A stretch of 64,000 nucleotides of DNA from Thermoplasmatota archaeon (GCA_016928095.1 JAFGLL010000121.1:3266-67265); one strand, 5' to 3'. Counted from the first letter of the stretch, positions 9,828 to 20,900 are shown. Notes: a model not told the origin generated them from the sequence alone. Translations and numbers: made by a program.

Positions 9828-10238
9828 ATGAACGAGATCGGGATCATGGTGTATGGATACGATGAGGTCACGGCAAGGTCGATAAGCTCCCATCTTGAAG
9901 GGGTGCTGGGCAAGGAAGTCCTGTTGATAAGTGGATGCGGTAGGGAAGGTGACCTTGTGGGGGATATAATCGAGGATGAGGTGTATGCCCACTGGGAAGC
10001 AAAGGAGGATCCCAGGTTGGTGATGTTCCTGGGTTTCGACGGTCCGAGCGTCCATTCATCGATGGATAATTTCCCATCGTTCAAGGGACAGAACAGGCCC
10101 ATCTTCTGCACACCCACCGAGAAGAACATCGAATGGTCCTTGAAGGCGCTCCTCGAGGACCTTATGGAGGAGAGGGAATATTTCCGCAAGAGGGATGAAA
10201 AGCTCCGATCCCCCCTGTCCAATGAAAAAGCATTATAG
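9828..10238 (+). CDS. Hypothetical soluble protein (~136 aa)
   Basis: The ORF-track Met at 9609 lies inside the divergent promoter region, so the likely start is 'MNEIGIMVYGYDEV' at 9828. The antisense ORF 9803..10246 is Ser-rich low-complexity and is rejected. Confidence 0.4.
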   Translation: MNEIGIMVYGYDEVTARSISSHLEGVLGKEVLLISGCGREGDLVGDIIEDEVYAHWEAKEDPRLVMFLGFDGPSVHSSMDNFPSFKGQNRPIFCTPTEKNIEWSLKALLEDLMEEREYFRKRDEKLRSPLSNEKAL

Positions 10239-10249
10239 GAAAGCATACA

Positions 10250-11062
10250 ATGTCAATCATGATGAAAGCCCACCTCTCCCTGGTCATGGCCGCAACGACG
10301 ATCATGCTCTTGCTTGTGGTCCTTGAAGGTCCATCTGGGACAGCGGCCGGGCCTTCCTCACAGGAAGGTGTGATCTATACCGAACCGGAGGATATCGGCA
10401 GACCCAACAGGATAGCCGTCATCGAGGTAGCGGGGTGGGGTGAGATAAGGATAGAGCTATACGAGAACATGACGCCGATAACCACGAAGAACTTCATAGA
10501 CCTGGCACAGAGCGGTTTCTACGATGGGATCAAATTCCATCGGTGTATCGACGGTTTCGTTGCACAGACCGGCGATCCCAACACCAGGAACATGAACCCT
10601 TATGATGATGGTATGGGCGGGTCCGACAGCACGATACCTCTCGAGATCTGCATGAACGCATCCCATGTGGACGGTGCTGTAGGAATGGCCCGGTCATCGG
10701 AGCCGGATTCCGCCTCGTCGCAGTTCTATATATGCGACGGACCGCAGCATGGACTGGATGATTGGAACCGGGACGACAACGGGTATGCGGTCTTCGGGGT
10801 GGTCGTGGAGGGTCTGGAGGTTGCCAAGGGGATCGCTGCGACCGAGACCTACGGGAATAGAAGGCCGCTGCTGAAGGACCATCCCGTGGACGATATCACC
10901 ATGTCCAGGGTCTATGTGATCGATCCTCCTGTGGAGGTGAACGATACTTTTGATGACAATAAAGACGACCGGTCCAGGGATATCCCGTTCCCGTTTTTTC
11001 CATCGGTGCTTTCGGTGATGATCTTCATTGGCGTGGTCCGAAGGAAGTTACACCGCATATGA
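10250..11062 (+). CDS. Cyclophilin-type peptidyl-prolyl cis-trans isomerase, secreted and C-terminally membrane-anchored
   Basis: N-terminal signal peptide 'MSIMMKAHLSLVMAATTIMLLLVVLEG'. The cyclophilin core 'FHRCIDGFVAQTGDP...GGSDSTIPLE...SQFYI'. A C-terminal hydrophobic anchor 'FPFFPSVLSVMIFIGVVRRK'. Confidence 0.85.
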   Translation: MSIMMKAHLSLVMAATTIMLLLVVLEGPSGTAAGPSSQEGVIYTEPEDIGRPNRIAVIEVAGWGEIRIELYENMTPITTKNFIDLAQSGFYDGIKFHRCIDGFVAQTGDPNTRNMNPYDDGMGGSDSTIPLEICMNASHVDGAVGMARSSEPDSASSQFYICDGPQHGLDDWNRDDNGYAVFGVVVEGLEVAKGIAATETYGNRRPLLKDHPVDDITMSRVYVIDPPVEVNDTFDDNKDDRSRDIPFPFFPSVLSVMIFIGVVRRKLHRI

Positions 11063-11144
11063 CCTTGATGGACCATCCCGTTCGATGCCGTTCCTCATTG
11101 GTCAGGACCCGTGAGAGGCGCTATCCCGCATTCTCGCATCGTTC

Positions 11145-13802
11145 TCATTCCTCTCCTTTCTTCGTCGATACATCAGCCCTCTTCTTACGGATCCAGAAAA
11201 GTGCCAGAAGGACACCGACAAGTATAATGAAGATGGCCACCCCCCAGATAATAAACAGTAATGTGTGACCGGCCTGGTCTCCACCCTTTTCTGCAGGATC
11301 GCTCACGATCACCCTGCAAAAGGCAAGATCCACATTCCCCCCCGTATCCGTTACCTTGAGGACGACCGTATGGTTCCCCGGAGCGGTGAAGGTCCATACC
11401 AGATCGGGACTGACCCCCATTGGAGTTTCGTTCTCGAGCAGCCATTCGAACGTTAGAGGACCCGTGGCATCTGTACTCCCCGACCCGGAGAGGAAAAAAC
11501 TCTTTTTCGGTTCAACGTACAGAATGGTCCTGTTGATCACCGCTCTGGGGGATATGCTGTCCCTCACGGTGATGTTCGCCGATACATGATCTTCGAGACC
11601 GGACAGGTCCTTGATCATCATGTCGATCCGGTATGGACCCGGACCTTCTATAGATATCATAAGCCCTTCAAGGGACCGCATTTCCTCCCCCGTGGCGTTG
11701 AGGATCCTCACTCCAAAGAAAGGTGTTGAGAACACCGGTTCCTCCCCCTCGGGGAGGACCCTCACTATGGTAAAATGCGCGGAAAGAAGTCCGACATTGT
11801 CCGAGGAGCCTGTGATGTTCAGAAAGAACCTCTCGTTCTGGTCCACGATATCCTTGTCCAGATGGAAGACTGCAACGGGCGGGGTATTGTCAAGAACCAG
11901 CACCAACCTGCTCAGGTTCGCTACATTCCCGGAAGGGTCCTCGATGAACAGTGTGACCCGGGCCGTTCCAGGGAACGGGAACTCCACGATGACGACGGGT
12001 CCAGATAGTGTCTCGATAAAAGATCCCCCCCCCTCGGACGTAATGACCCATGTGAAGACGGAAGAGTTCCATAAGAGGGGGTCGTTGTCGAACGACCCGC
12101 TGGCATCGAGCTCGAACTGCAGATCCTCTTCCAACTCCAGCGGCAAAAAGAATTCCGGTACGGGGGGGGTATCATCCAGTACGGACACGTTGAAGGTCAG
12201 GAAAGATGAAAGACCTATACCATCGGTCACTGTAAGCATACCCAGGTAAGGTCCGGGAATATCTATCTGCACCTCTATGGTCGGTCCGAAGAACCGGAAA
12301 TCCCCGAAACCTCCCCGGAACGACCAGGAGTACGAGAGGTCCGTGGAGGGGCCATCTTCTGTATCATCATAGGCCGTCGGAGCCGACAGATCGAAAGACC
12401 GAGAGGTGTAGAACAGGAGGTCCGATATACCGCCTTCTATGATGGGTGGTGCATCATCGAGAACGGTGATCCGTGCGGTGCCGTTCTGGGTGTTGTTCTC
12501 CTCATCGAAAGCAGAGAAGCTGAGAGTGTAATCACCCGGACTCATGAACGTATGGTCAAAGAAGGGGACCTTGGTCGTCAGATTGTACCAGCCATGGTCC
12601 TGGAGGGACCATTCCACCCTGGAGACGCCGACATTGTCGGTTGCGTTCATGACATAAGTGAACGGCGTTTCCTCGAAGGCCACCGCATCCGAGAATTCCA
12701 GGTCGGGTGGTGTCACATCCTTCACATAAACCCTTGTGACCGCCGTATCCGATTCCCCGGAGGGGTCCCTCAATTCCAGAACAAGGGTGTAGAACGAGAG
12801 CGGTTCCTCGAAGGTATGCACGAAGAGGGTATCAAAAGATGTAAGGTTGGCCCATTCCCCGTTCCTGTAAATGGGAAGCCTCCAGGTGAAGTTCGATCCC
12901 GTTTCAAAATCGGGATGGTTCCCGATGGAAGATCCGGCCGATACTTCCACCTCCAGATCCTCATCGACATCGATCCTCTGCGGCAGTCTCGCCTCCACAT
13001 ATGATCGGAGGTGTGCCGTTCCCCAGAGGGATTCGTTCTTGAAGGTTGGAGATTCATCCGGTGCGGTCTCCCTGCCACACCATTTAAGGGCCGTTTTGGA
13101 GAGACCGCCGGTATCATCGTCGTTGATCCCGACATTGAAACCTATGGTCCCGTTGGGCTCGGGAGAAGCGATGGAATCCAGCCGAACCATCATCTCGACG
13201 ATGTAATAGTTTGCCGACGGGACCGTTCTGGTCGCAGCGAACCAATCCCGTCCCTCGCCGAAGGACCTCTCGTAAGGCGTCGAGCTGGAATAATCGTAAT
13301 AGTAACTCCCATCTGCCTTTGCGAGCAGAGTGGTGCCATCCTCGAAACCGGGCCATGGGTCGCCTGCCCTCTGGTCATCGTCCATGTCAAAGGCACCGTC
13401 GATCATTAGCTCGACCCCGTCATCCCTCCAGAAGGTCTCACCGCTGTCCACGACAATGTTCTGGTCCGTTACATTTGCAGCGAAATAGAGGTAGGTGTCG
13501 TCATACAGCAGATAGAATGTTACGGCCAGATCGGCCTGGTCAGTGAACTCCTCATCGGAACCTTCAGGAGGATATACCTCGCGAAATGACAGGCCGTCGA
13601 AGGCGTCGAAGTAGTTCGTCGTGAACTCCGTATACCATTCAAGGCTCCCGATATTCCCGTCAAGTTGCGGCGGTTCGAAGGCATAAGGGACCTCGATCTG
13701 CCTCCCCCCGTCCATGGACAGAGCGGCAGGTTCTTCTCCCTCGATCATACCGGGGAGAAGACCCAGCAATAGCACAGAGACCAGCAATACTGCCCGTTTC
13801 AT
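11145..13802 (-). CDS. Large secreted surface protein (885 aa) with a C-terminal TM anchor, the last gene of the pilus operon (putative adhesin)
   Basis: Signal peptide 'MKRAVLLVSVLLLGLLPG'. Many N-x-S/T sequons. Multiple beta-sandwich-like segments. C-terminal 'LLFIIWGVAIFIILVGVLLALFWIRKKR'. It lies 42 nt downstream of the pilin-like gene on the same strand. Confidence 0.7.
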   Translation of the reverse strand: MKRAVLLVSVLLLGLLPGMIEGEEPAALSMDGGRQIEVPYAFEPPQLDGNIGSLEWYTEFTTNYFDAFDGLSFREVYPPEGSDEEFTDQADLAVTFYLLYDDTYLYFAANVTDQNIVVDSGETFWRDDGVELMIDGAFDMDDDQRAGDPWPGFEDGTTLLAKADGSYYYDYSSSTPYERSFGEGRDWFAATRTVPSANYYIVEMMVRLDSIASPEPNGTIGFNVGINDDDTGGLSKTALKWCGRETAPDESPTFKNESLWGTAHLRSYVEARLPQRIDVDEDLEVEVSAGSSIGNHPDFETGSNFTWRLPIYRNGEWANLTSFDTLFVHTFEEPLSFYTLVLELRDPSGESDTAVTRVYVKDVTPPDLEFSDAVAFEETPFTYVMNATDNVGVSRVEWSLQDHGWYNLTTKVPFFDHTFMSPGDYTLSFSAFDEENNTQNGTARITVLDDAPPIIEGGISDLLFYTSRSFDLSAPTAYDDTEDGPSTDLSYSWSFRGGFGDFRFFGPTIEVQIDIPGPYLGMLTVTDGIGLSSFLTFNVSVLDDTPPVPEFFLPLELEEDLQFELDASGSFDNDPLLWNSSVFTWVITSEGGGSFIETLSGPVVIVEFPFPGTARVTLFIEDPSGNVANLSRLVLVLDNTPPVAVFHLDKDIVDQNERFFLNITGSSDNVGLLSAHFTIVRVLPEGEEPVFSTPFFGVRILNATGEEMRSLEGLMISIEGPGPYRIDMMIKDLSGLEDHVSANITVRDSISPRAVINRTILYVEPKKSFFLSGSGSTDATGPLTFEWLLENETPMGVSPDLVWTFTAPGNHTVVLKVTDTGGNVDLAFCRVIVSDPAEKGGDQAGHTLLFIIWGVAIFIILVGVLLALFWIRKKRADVSTKKGEE

Positions 13803-13843
13803 CCCGTCACCGGATGGAAAACGGTCCGGTCCATATATAATCC

Positions 13844-14278
13844 CTATCCCCTCATAACTATCACCGTGGTATCGGTGGATCCCATTCCGCCACCTTTCTC
13901 TGCCTTGATGTCTATGACCGCCGTGTCGGCGGAAGACGGTATCACGGCCTGGACCTCCACGGGATCACCTGAATCTATTTTCTGGACCACCTTGCTGTCC
14001 ACTGCACCGGAGAAGGTCACTATCACATCGTCCACCTCATTGCCCTCGGAATCATATACATAGACAGTTATGGCCACTGTGAGGTTGACCCGGCCTTCCC
14101 CGGTTATCTCCACCGTCTCCGGATCGGTGGTTATCCTCTTCAAATTCGCATCGGTATCGCTTGCGATCGCCAGCCATCCTATCACTATTCCCAGAGCGGC
14201 CATTCCCACAACGACCGCGATTATCAACTGCAGGGGCACTCCTTCCATACCCCCGTTCCTGTCCATTGTTCGTCTCAT
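13844..14278 (-). CDS. Pilin-like protein (putative archaeal type IV pilin / class III signal peptide)
   Basis: After a short charged N-terminus ('MRRTMDRNGGMEG') comes a single hydrophobic helix 'VPLQLIIAVVVGMAALGIVIGWL', then a ~110 aa beta-rich acidic domain. The ORF-track start at 14341 overlaps the upstream gene, so the internal Met at 14278 (or 14266) is more likely. Confidence 0.5.
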   Translation of the reverse strand: MRRTMDRNGGMEGVPLQLIIAVVVGMAALGIVIGWLAIASDTDANLKRITTDPETVEITGEGRVNLTVAITVYVYDSEGNEVDDVIVTFSGAVDSKVVQKIDSGDPVEVQAVIPSSADTAVIDIKAEKGGGMGSTDTTVIVMRG

Positions 14279-14294
14279 TTCGATTCTCTCCTTT

Positions 14295-16082
14295 TCATCC
14301 GATAAGATATGAGCTTGCCACGACCCCCAGCGAGAACGCAAGGGATGATTGGACCAGCCTCCGCGGGACCCGATGCCATCCTCCGCCGGTCACCCCCTTC
14401 TCCAACCTGTATATCGTCAGGGTGGTGGCGATCGAAAGCATCAGGAGATACCCCCCTGACATGAGCAGGAAATGCCATGGCTGCATGGACCCTCCGCCGC
14501 TTCCTCCGAACAGCATGCCATCTGGGATGTCCCCCTGGACCGACCCCATCAGATCGAAAATACCGGCCGAGGCGCCTATCATCAAAGGGGCGAAGATCGA
14601 AGCGGTCACCTCCATCTGCCCCACGGCCGACCTGACCCGTGAGGACAGGTCCCCATCAAGGTCCATTAACTCCTGGATATGCTTCGAGAATGCCCGTACA
14701 GCCTTACCTCCCGGACCCCTGCCCGCCCTTGAGAACTCCTCTGCGCTCTCAAGGTAGGATACTAGAGGCTCGGGCATGCCAGCTTCACGACTGCTGTGCC
14801 CGGGCAGTAATCTGTAGCTCCGGTCCTTCTCGACCACTCTTCTCGAGAGGGTCCTCCTGAGCCCTGATTCGAAGGACAAGCCTTCCTGGATGGCAGATGC
14901 CATGTCCCTCAGTATCCCGGGCGCTCTTTTCCGAACGTCCGAGTAACGTTCCTGTGCCTCCTTCGGACCCTGTGAGAGCCACCCGAACAGTCCAGATATC
15001 GAAGAGGAGACCCCTAAAAGGACAAGGAGTATCGAAAGGGAGCCTTTCCCCGACCCGGGGAGTGTGATCGGTATCTCGACCTTGGAAAAGGCCACAAAAA
15101 AGAACAGAGATATCATTACTGTACCGAGGGTCATCAGAAAGATATCCACCGGTCCGGGCGCCGTTCTATGCCTGACTGCGGGCATATGGTCGGTACCCAA
15201 CGAAGGCCTCTTGAGGACAAGTGAGTTTCCCAGAAGGATGATGCTCAGCGGTATGATGACCCATAGAACAAAACCGACCATCAGGGCGGTCTTACCCGTG
15301 ATCCCGGTAACGGGGATCATGGTTGCGAGAAGTATCGGTAACAGAACGCCTATGCCGAAAAGGGCGGTGGCGGGTCCGGCAAGGGAGCGTGAATACTCCT
15401 CCATCATGGCCTTGGATTCCTCCGAGAGCCTGGTCACGAGCGCCCTTGCAGAGAGGGTGACCTCTGTCTGGGTAGGTTCGTTCTCCGCCGATCTTAGACC
15501 TTCCAGTGCCCTCCCTATCGTGGGAGAGCGTAAGGACCATCTCTCCTTGAACTGCCCGTAGATCTCGGAGAAAGGTCTCCCCTCGGTGAAGGGGGTCCAC
15601 GCTACCTCCCCCAGCATGGGCTGGTCCTGCACAGGAAGCGATGTCCTTGTCAGTCTGACGGCGAAAGGAAGAGAGGGATTGATCTCAAGGAAGGCCGAAA
15701 GCCTTCGGACGATATCATGCATTCTACCCTCCTCTCTCCAGATGGACACTTTCATGACCCTCCTGGGCCTGTCCCAGAGCCAGAAGGCCGCTCCCAATGG
15801 GATAACGACCGTGAGAAGGCTCCCGGCGAAAAGAACGAACGGGAGATCGGTCTCGGACGCGTATCCGACGGTCTCGACCCTCCAGCCCTCTCCGTCCTTG
15901 ACGATATCCTTGACCGCATCCACCTTCTGAAAATTGTCCGAGATGCCATCGGAGTCCATGTCAGGACCGTTGGGTATCGGCAGGTTGCCCATCAAAGCCA
16001 TAAGGACCAGCGCGCCTGCTGCGGTCAGTGAGATCGCAGTTGAGGCTGGAGAAGGGGGCCACCATCTCCTCCCTGCCTTCAT
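14295..16082 (-). CDS. TadC/FlaJ(ArlJ)-like polytopic membrane protein (type II secretion system F-domain family)
   Basis: Two T2SS-F-like cytoplasmic domains ('...MASAIQEGLSFESGL...' and '...FAVRLTRTSLPVQ...') separated by hydrophobic helices. A start at 'MKAGRRWW' gives an ATGA overlap with the ATPase stop at 16079-16082. Confidence 0.75.
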   Translation of the reverse strand: MKAGRRWWPPSPASTAISLTAAGALVLMALMGNLPIPNGPDMDSDGISDNFQKVDAVKDIVKDGEGWRVETVGYASETDLPFVLFAGSLLTVVIPLGAAFWLWDRPRRVMKVSIWREEGRMHDIVRRLSAFLEINPSLPFAVRLTRTSLPVQDQPMLGEVAWTPFTEGRPFSEIYGQFKERWSLRSPTIGRALEGLRSAENEPTQTEVTLSARALVTRLSEESKAMMEEYSRSLAGPATALFGIGVLLPILLATMIPVTGITGKTALMVGFVLWVIIPLSIILLGNSLVLKRPSLGTDHMPAVRHRTAPGPVDIFLMTLGTVMISLFFFVAFSKVEIPITLPGSGKGSLSILLVLLGVSSSISGLFGWLSQGPKEAQERYSDVRKRAPGILRDMASAIQEGLSFESGLRRTLSRRVVEKDRSYRLLPGHSSREAGMPEPLVSYLESAEEFSRAGRGPGGKAVRAFSKHIQELMDLDGDLSSRVRSAVGQMEVTASIFAPLMIGASAGIFDLMGSVQGDIPDGMLFGGSGGGSMQPWHFLLMSGGYLLMLSIATTLTIYRLEKGVTGGGWHRVPRRLVQSSLAFSLGVVASSYLIG

Positions 16083-17752
16083 TCCGCCCCCCCGTTGAAG
16101 GCTTCTTCCCATTTCTTCAAGATGAACGACACGTCAGGGTATCTCCCCTTCGAAATGGCCTTTTCCCTTGCCACCTGGAAAGCTTCGCTCACGAGGGGCA
16201 TCATCCCGGGTCTTGCCGCCCTTTCGGGCCCCAGCAGGACAGAAGCCCTGTCGAGCACCGAGGCCCTGACCTTAAGCTCTCCAAGGACATCATTGGGGGT
16301 CATTCCCCAGAGTGAAGCTATCGATACGAGTGTACCGGAAGAGGGGAGTTCGTTGGTCGGCTTCAAAGAATTCTCCTGCGGGTCGTAGATGAACAGGTCC
16401 CTGAAACCGCCGGGAGGGCCGTCCTTCATCACTTCCGCTATCTGTATGACCCTCCGGTATCTCACCCTCCTTCCTTTAGGTTGGACAAGACCCGCTACCA
16501 CCACGAGGTCGGTCGCCGTGAAAGATACCTTGGAGACACCAAGGTCTTCCACAGCCCTCTTGTAAACTGCCTTCGCCGAATCGGCGTGGAAAGTCCCCAG
16601 TACCGAGGATCCTGCGGTGCCTGCCGACATCATCTCGTAAAGCGTTCTGGTCTCGGGCCCTCTAACCTCCCCCAGGACCAGCACCGATTCTCCCAATCTC
16701 AGCGCTGTCCTGAGCGCCCTGTCAGCGGAGGTTTCTGTCGAGGAACCGACATTGAGACCCATGACCTTGTAGCCGTATTCGTTAAGGGGGGCGACAGGAA
16801 GCTCGGGCGTGTCCTCTATGACTATTATTCTCTGCGAGCGGTCCACCTCGAAAAGAAGGGAGCCGAGAAGTGAGGTCTTCCCGGCGCCTCTTGGACCCGC
16901 TATAAGCATCGTCCTCCTTCCGGCGATCGACATGGAGAGGAACGCAGCTGCCGTTGATGTGATGGCCCCCACATCTATCAATCTCAAGAGGGTCCAGGGG
17001 TCATGGGAGTGCTTTCGGATCGCTATTGAGATCCCACGGGATGAAAGGGGAGGCCCGACAGCGGTCACCCTAGCATTGTATTGTCTGAGATCGCATTCAA
17101 GTACCGGTGATGCCTCCGAAAAGGGGAGTCCGGAATGATATCTCAGGACGGAAACGATCCTTCTGAGCTCCCTCTCGGTAAGATGGAGGTTCGTGGCATA
17201 GGTACCCTCGAGACCCTTTGGTATATGTCCGCCAAGCGAGACATAAACCGGTTTGGACATGGGAGGAGAATCGATATAGAGGTCCTGTACACGCTCGTCC
17301 CTGAGCAGGTGTTCGATCGTCCCGTATCCACATGTATACTGTGCAGTGATCCTCCCGAGCAACGCGGGTAGATCGACATCGTCCCCCTTGACCGTACCTT
17401 TCAACAGTCCAGACGAGTTGCTTTCGACATAGCTCCTCAAGGCGATCTCATCGTCAAGTATGGCCTGGGGAGGTGGCTCCTCGTTCAGCTCCTTCATGAC
17501 GGAAAGGACCATGGATGTCTCCTCTTCCGGCATGTTGTATTCATAGGGACTTATGAAATAGCTCGATCCGTTCCCCGATCGGTAAAGCGAGGTCCTCACG
17601 AACCGGTTCTCCCTGGTGTCCAACAATTGCTCGGATGGGGGGTCGATGAGCCACGAGTGGGAAAAGGCCGGTTTTGACCTGCTTCCCTTCGAGGCTCTCC
17701 TCAGGCCTTTCCACCATCTGATGGAGCTTGCATGAGCTCTCCTAGCGCACAT
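16079..17752 (-). CDS. Type II/IV secretion-system ATPase (TadA/VirB11/FlaI-ArlI family)
   Basis: Walker A 'LIAGPRGAGKTSLL'. 'IIVIEDTPEL' (Asp box/Walker B). 'LRLGESVLVLGEVRGPE' (His box region). An N-terminal FlaI-like domain 'ERVQDLYID'. Confidence 0.85.
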   Translation of the reverse strand: MCARRAHASSIRWWKGLRRASKGSRSKPAFSHSWLIDPPSEQLLDTRENRFVRTSLYRSGNGSSYFISPYEYNMPEEETSMVLSVMKELNEEPPPQAILDDEIALRSYVESNSSGLLKGTVKGDDVDLPALLGRITAQYTCGYGTIEHLLRDERVQDLYIDSPPMSKPVYVSLGGHIPKGLEGTYATNLHLTERELRRIVSVLRYHSGLPFSEASPVLECDLRQYNARVTAVGPPLSSRGISIAIRKHSHDPWTLLRLIDVGAITSTAAAFLSMSIAGRRTMLIAGPRGAGKTSLLGSLLFEVDRSQRIIVIEDTPELPVAPLNEYGYKVMGLNVGSSTETSADRALRTALRLGESVLVLGEVRGPETRTLYEMMSAGTAGSSVLGTFHADSAKAVYKRAVEDLGVSKVSFTATDLVVVAGLVQPKGRRVRYRRVIQIAEVMKDGPPGGFRDLFIYDPQENSLKPTNELPSSGTLVSIASLWGMTPNDVLGELKVRASVLDRASVLLGPERAARPGMMPLVSEAFQVAREKAISKGRYPDVSFILKKWEEAFNGGAE

Positions 17753-17911
17753 TCTATCAACGCCTCAAGACCCTTATCGGGTCCCTCTCACGCCAAAATG
17801 AACGTTCATGGTGTATAAACCTATCTAGTTGGTTCTCTACGGGGAAAATGAGGTGTTAGATTAAAATAATAATGTCCTGTTAATGCATCGCGTATTTACC
17901 ACCTCATAAGT
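17753..17911. promoter_or_regulatory. Divergent AT-rich intergenic promoter region between the pilus operon (-) and the Kelch surface protein gene (+)
   Basis: 'gattaaaataataatgtcctgttaatgc' and other TATA-like A/T tracts. Two divergent long genes start on either side. Confidence 0.45.
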
Positions 17912-20900
17912 GTGGACCTGAGAAACGAGGCGATGTCAATGTCCCATATATGTTTGCCCTATAATGTACTGTTACGACAGTGTTCTGCGGTCATGACCGC
18001 AGCCCTTCTCTTGATATTGGTCCTTCTTCCCATATCTCAAATGGGGCCGGTAGCTGGAGAGGAGGACGGGCCCTCACGGATCCTGGGAGAACAACCGATG
18101 GGCGATTGGGAAATGCTTGCTTCCGGGAGCTGGCCGTCAATAGAAACAGGTAGCTGTAATGTTATGTACCGTGAAGCGGAGAAAGAACTGGTCGTGTTCT
18201 ACCGGTCCTACTGGGGTTTCCAGGTCTGGTCAATGTTCGAGAGCAACGAGACCTGGGTCCAATGGAACGATACCGGAATGGAACCTAGCCCAACACATTC
18301 CCGCCAGTCTTTCACATCCAGTAAAGATGGCAATATTGGATATTATTACGGTGGATATGCTCAGTGGGGAGCATACTGGGACAAGCTGAACATATTCTTT
18401 TACTCCAACAAGACATGGGTCCAGGTAGACGCCCCACCCACGCTCGCAGGCAGGTACTGGTCAGAGATGGTCTATGACGAGGCGACCGATTCCATTTGGA
18501 TATTCGGCGGAAGGGATGCTGCCAGGGTTTGGTACAACGACCTGCACCAGTACAATTCCACCCATGGGTGGACCTATTATCCCTCCATAGACCCCAAGCC
18601 TGTTCCAAGGGACCAGGCTTTGATGACAATGACCCCGGACGGGAAAAGGATATTTATCGCTCTCGGGAGGTATGGAACGGGGGGAGGGGGTACTAGCTAT
18701 TACCGGAACGACCTATGGGAGTACAACGTTACAAATGACAACTGGACGGTCCTGAACAATAATATGGACATACCCACAGAAGCCGGAGGATTGCTGCAAT
18801 ACAGGTCTGGTACGGACGACCTCATCCTCTCCATGGGTTTTGATGGTTGGAACCTTCTCAACGACACATATGTGATCGATATAAGTACCGGGACCCTATC
18901 GAGCGTCAATCTCACGGGCGGTATCCCGGGCAGGCATGTACAGGCATTCGACATCTACTCGAACGGCCGCAAGGCCATCGTCTTTGGTGATGATGCCAGC
19001 AGAAAGGACATCTGGTCCGTGGACCTTGTGGATTATTCCACCCTGCTGACGCCTGGCAATCCCACATGGGTAGGAGGATCCGCTTTCACCGGATATGACG
19101 ATGAGAATGGCGGCAGATTGATGGCATTGAAGCGTAATGATGGTGACACCTGGCAGCTTGCATCTTTCTCTCTGGACTCCAGATCATGGAAGATGCTCTA
19201 TGTGTCCGATGAGGGAAAACCCACTTATCACAGCGGGATGGCCAGCGTCTACGACCCGGATGATAACGATTTCTATCTCTACGGTGGTTATTATTCATAC
19301 CAGGTCAGTCAATGGACCTACCATTATTACTTCTATGACGAGTTCTGGAAGCTTGACTGCGATACGGGTGAATGGACGAGGATCAACGAGCATGCATCTC
19401 CTGGAGCAAGAGGGAGAGCGGCAATGGTCGTCGATCCGGCCAAAAGGATGATCTATCTATATGGAGGACAGGTCCACGGAGGAGATACCGATACACTGTA
19501 TCAGTACAATATGACCGGTAACATATGGAAAGCCATCAACCCGACCACCAAACCCCAGGGCAGGATGGAGACCGCAGTCACTTATGACCCCAACAACAGG
19601 GGCTTTTTCATGTTCGGAGGTCAGCGCAACGGAACATCCAACGTGGAACTGAACGACCTGTGGTTCTTCCATACCGATACCGTATTATGGGAAAAGCTAC
19701 CGACCGGTGATGATGAACCCCACGCCCAGGATTTGGCAGGTATCTCCTTGAACACCGATACCAATGAGTTGCTGCTCTTCGGGGATGGCGATGATGAGAC
19801 CTTCATGTGGCGACTGGATTGGTTCGGCTGGAAAAAGGTCGCAACAACAACCTCACCCGGAGATTGGAGTGGTCATGGACAGGCCTATTCGTCTCAAACG
19901 AGGAGCCATTTCGCATGGGCCGGGGACGGTACGGAGGTATGGGAGTTCAATCCGATCCTGAGGACCACCGCAATACAGGTCCAGATGTTCGATCCGGACG
20001 GTTGGACGACGGGAGTCGATGCCGTGGATGTTTTCCCCACACTTGGGACATACTCTCTGAAGGTTCGCGGCAGGACCGATCTACCACCTGATAATTTCCT
20101 CGGGATGAACCTCACATTGGAGACCGGCGATGATGTGATCGGGCTCACCTGGGACAAGGCCACTGGAAATATCGTTGTGGAGAACGGAAAGGATTGGATG
20201 GTCATAAAGGACGGTGAAGAGCTGAGGTTCCTGGATAACAACAACTGGGAGTTCACGGTCCCGATGGAGTTCACATTCGACATGCCGCACGGCGATACCG
20301 TAAGTGCCTTTGCCACACCTGTAACGCATATAGGGTTGGCCGAACAGGCAAAGAGATTGAACCTCTTCAGATTGAACTCGAGATTGGAGATAGTAAGTTA
20401 CAGGTTCAGGACGCCGATCCAGCCCGAACCCGTTGTGAACGGATGGCTTTTCGGAGGGACCGACCTCACCGTTCACGATTTCAAGGTTGCCTTCGCTGGT
20501 TACAACGACGTTTCACCCCGGGAAGGGAATTTCAAGGTTGAGTTCTCTAACGAATGGGGGGACTCTGTCGATTGGACCTACATCTACAATACGACCACTG
20601 AACTGACGGTCCCTGTAATGGGCGAGGATGGGAGCTCGACCTTCTTCTATCTCAATGTCACGGATAATGGGGTCACTGTCGCAAAATTGACATTCAATTT
20701 CCGCATAGATATGGCTCCTCCCGGTATCGTTGAAGGGGCTGCCCTCAGAGCGGACAACTATAATGACCAGAAGCTCAACATGGATAACGATCCCGAGATG
20801 TTCCTGACATGGGATAACATAGTCGAGACCGGGTCCGGTCTGAAAGGGGTATGCTATTCCCTGGACATGAACACATATCCGGACCAGGAGAACCTGACCA

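Noticed and set aside
9803-10246. 147-aa minus-strand ORF competing with the plus-strand 9828-10238 gene
   Set aside because: The minus-frame translation is Ser-rich low-complexity. The plus frame yields a compact, mixed-composition globular sequence contiguous with the cyclophilin gene on the same strand.
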